Made by a program: the position numbers and the translations under genes
Notes under the pieces: generated by a model
The model's database searches: none
Told to the model about the DNA's origin: nothing
Seen by the model: only the letters and a program-made list of their open reading frames with translations
Assembly: GCF_006345805.1 (NCBI RefSeq)
Contig: NW_021828475.1
Coordinates: 1-8,171, forward strand
Direction: 5' to 3'
Source: Octopus sinensis
Taxonomy: Eukaryota
Length of the DNA: 8,171 nt
In this document: in pieces, positions 7,424-8,171 of the stretch
Numbering within the stretch: the first letter of the stretch is position 1
Layout of the letters: each line of letters starts with the position of its first letter

Positions 7424-8171
7424 CTCTTCTATCTTTTAATTATATAAAGCTTCCACTGAGAAGGGGGCCGTTTTCCAACAGGGATACAAGGCTCCATCTT
7501 TGAGATATAGTTAACACAAATTCACGTTTGGAACTTGAGAAAAAGTCTTGCATATTTTTACTGTTCCGCTCACAGATTGCACTTGTAATGAAAATTCCAG
7601 TTTATCCAGATTCTCCTTTAAGCATTTACTAAAAAAAACCTAGAGCACCAATTATTGTCGGTGTGAATATGAATTCATAGTCTGGATATATAAGCTGGAG
7701 GTTTCGAAGCAGCTATCCATAGATATCATCTTTTTCTTTGATTTTCAAAGAAATATTTATATCTGCAGGGCAGCCGACCTCTATGAAGGCACATACCTTT
7801 ACCCCTCTATCCCAAATAACAATATCTGGCCTGTTATATTTACATCTTGACAGAAGTTTTGATAGGAATATTCCACCAGTATTCTTTGAGATGGTGTTTA
7901 TGAATGTATTCCATAACAGGGATTTTTAAAGTTTATTTCAGGACAGTCTTTTTTGCAGGTGACATTGTAAATTGTTTTAGCAACACCATCGTGCAGCATA
8001 GGGAGGTAGTACCGTGACGATATGTTAGAACAGCTGCTAATCATATGCGTGATGTCCTCTACAGAAACATGACATAGCTTACACATGCGACTGCACCTTG
8101 GGATTACAAGAGCGTCTTTGTCCTTCTTGTTCACCAGGTACCTTGTAGCAATCTCCTGTTCCTGGATTGCA
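7424..8171 (-). mobile_element. Non-LTR retrotransposon with a restriction-like endonuclease (R4/Dong-like), 3' part; degenerate and continues beyond the window
   Basis: The minus strand gives AIQEQEIATRYL, then the CCHC knuckle CKLCHVSVEDITHMISSC and LHDGVAKTIYN. Across frameshifts it continues EYWWNIPIKT, KYNRPDIVIWDR...FIEVGCPADINI..KIKEKDDIYG* (PD-(D/E)xK nuclease; PD at 7829-7824, in-frame TAG at 7715-7713), PTIIGALG and LQVQSVSGTVKICKTF. About 85 nt of 3' UTR then reaches the microsatellite. Confidence 0.88.

Overview
Non-coding, repeat-dense eukaryotic DNA. It is most likely cephalopod (octopus-type), inferred from the tRNA-headed SINE families and the microsatellite load. No host protein-coding gene, RNA gene or CRISPR array is supported. 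In order, the window holds: a compound microsatellite block (209-1490); a young 6 x 111-bp tandem array built from a SINE tail/flank junction (2033-2700) that runs into a full-length SINE; a diverged ~38-bp dyad-bearing minisatellite (2887-3425); SINE copies of three architectures, including a head-to-tail trimer and an inverted pair; and 3' remnants of three non-LTR retrotransposon clades. These are CR1 (minus), an RTE-type element with three degenerate C2H2 fingers (plus) and an R4/Dong-like element with a restriction-like endonuclease (minus). The RTE and R4-like remnants meet tail-to-tail at a (TATG)n microsatellite. All long ORFs in the supplied track are repeat artefacts or pieces of these decayed LINEs. 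Family names rest on motif recognition only; no database search was run.
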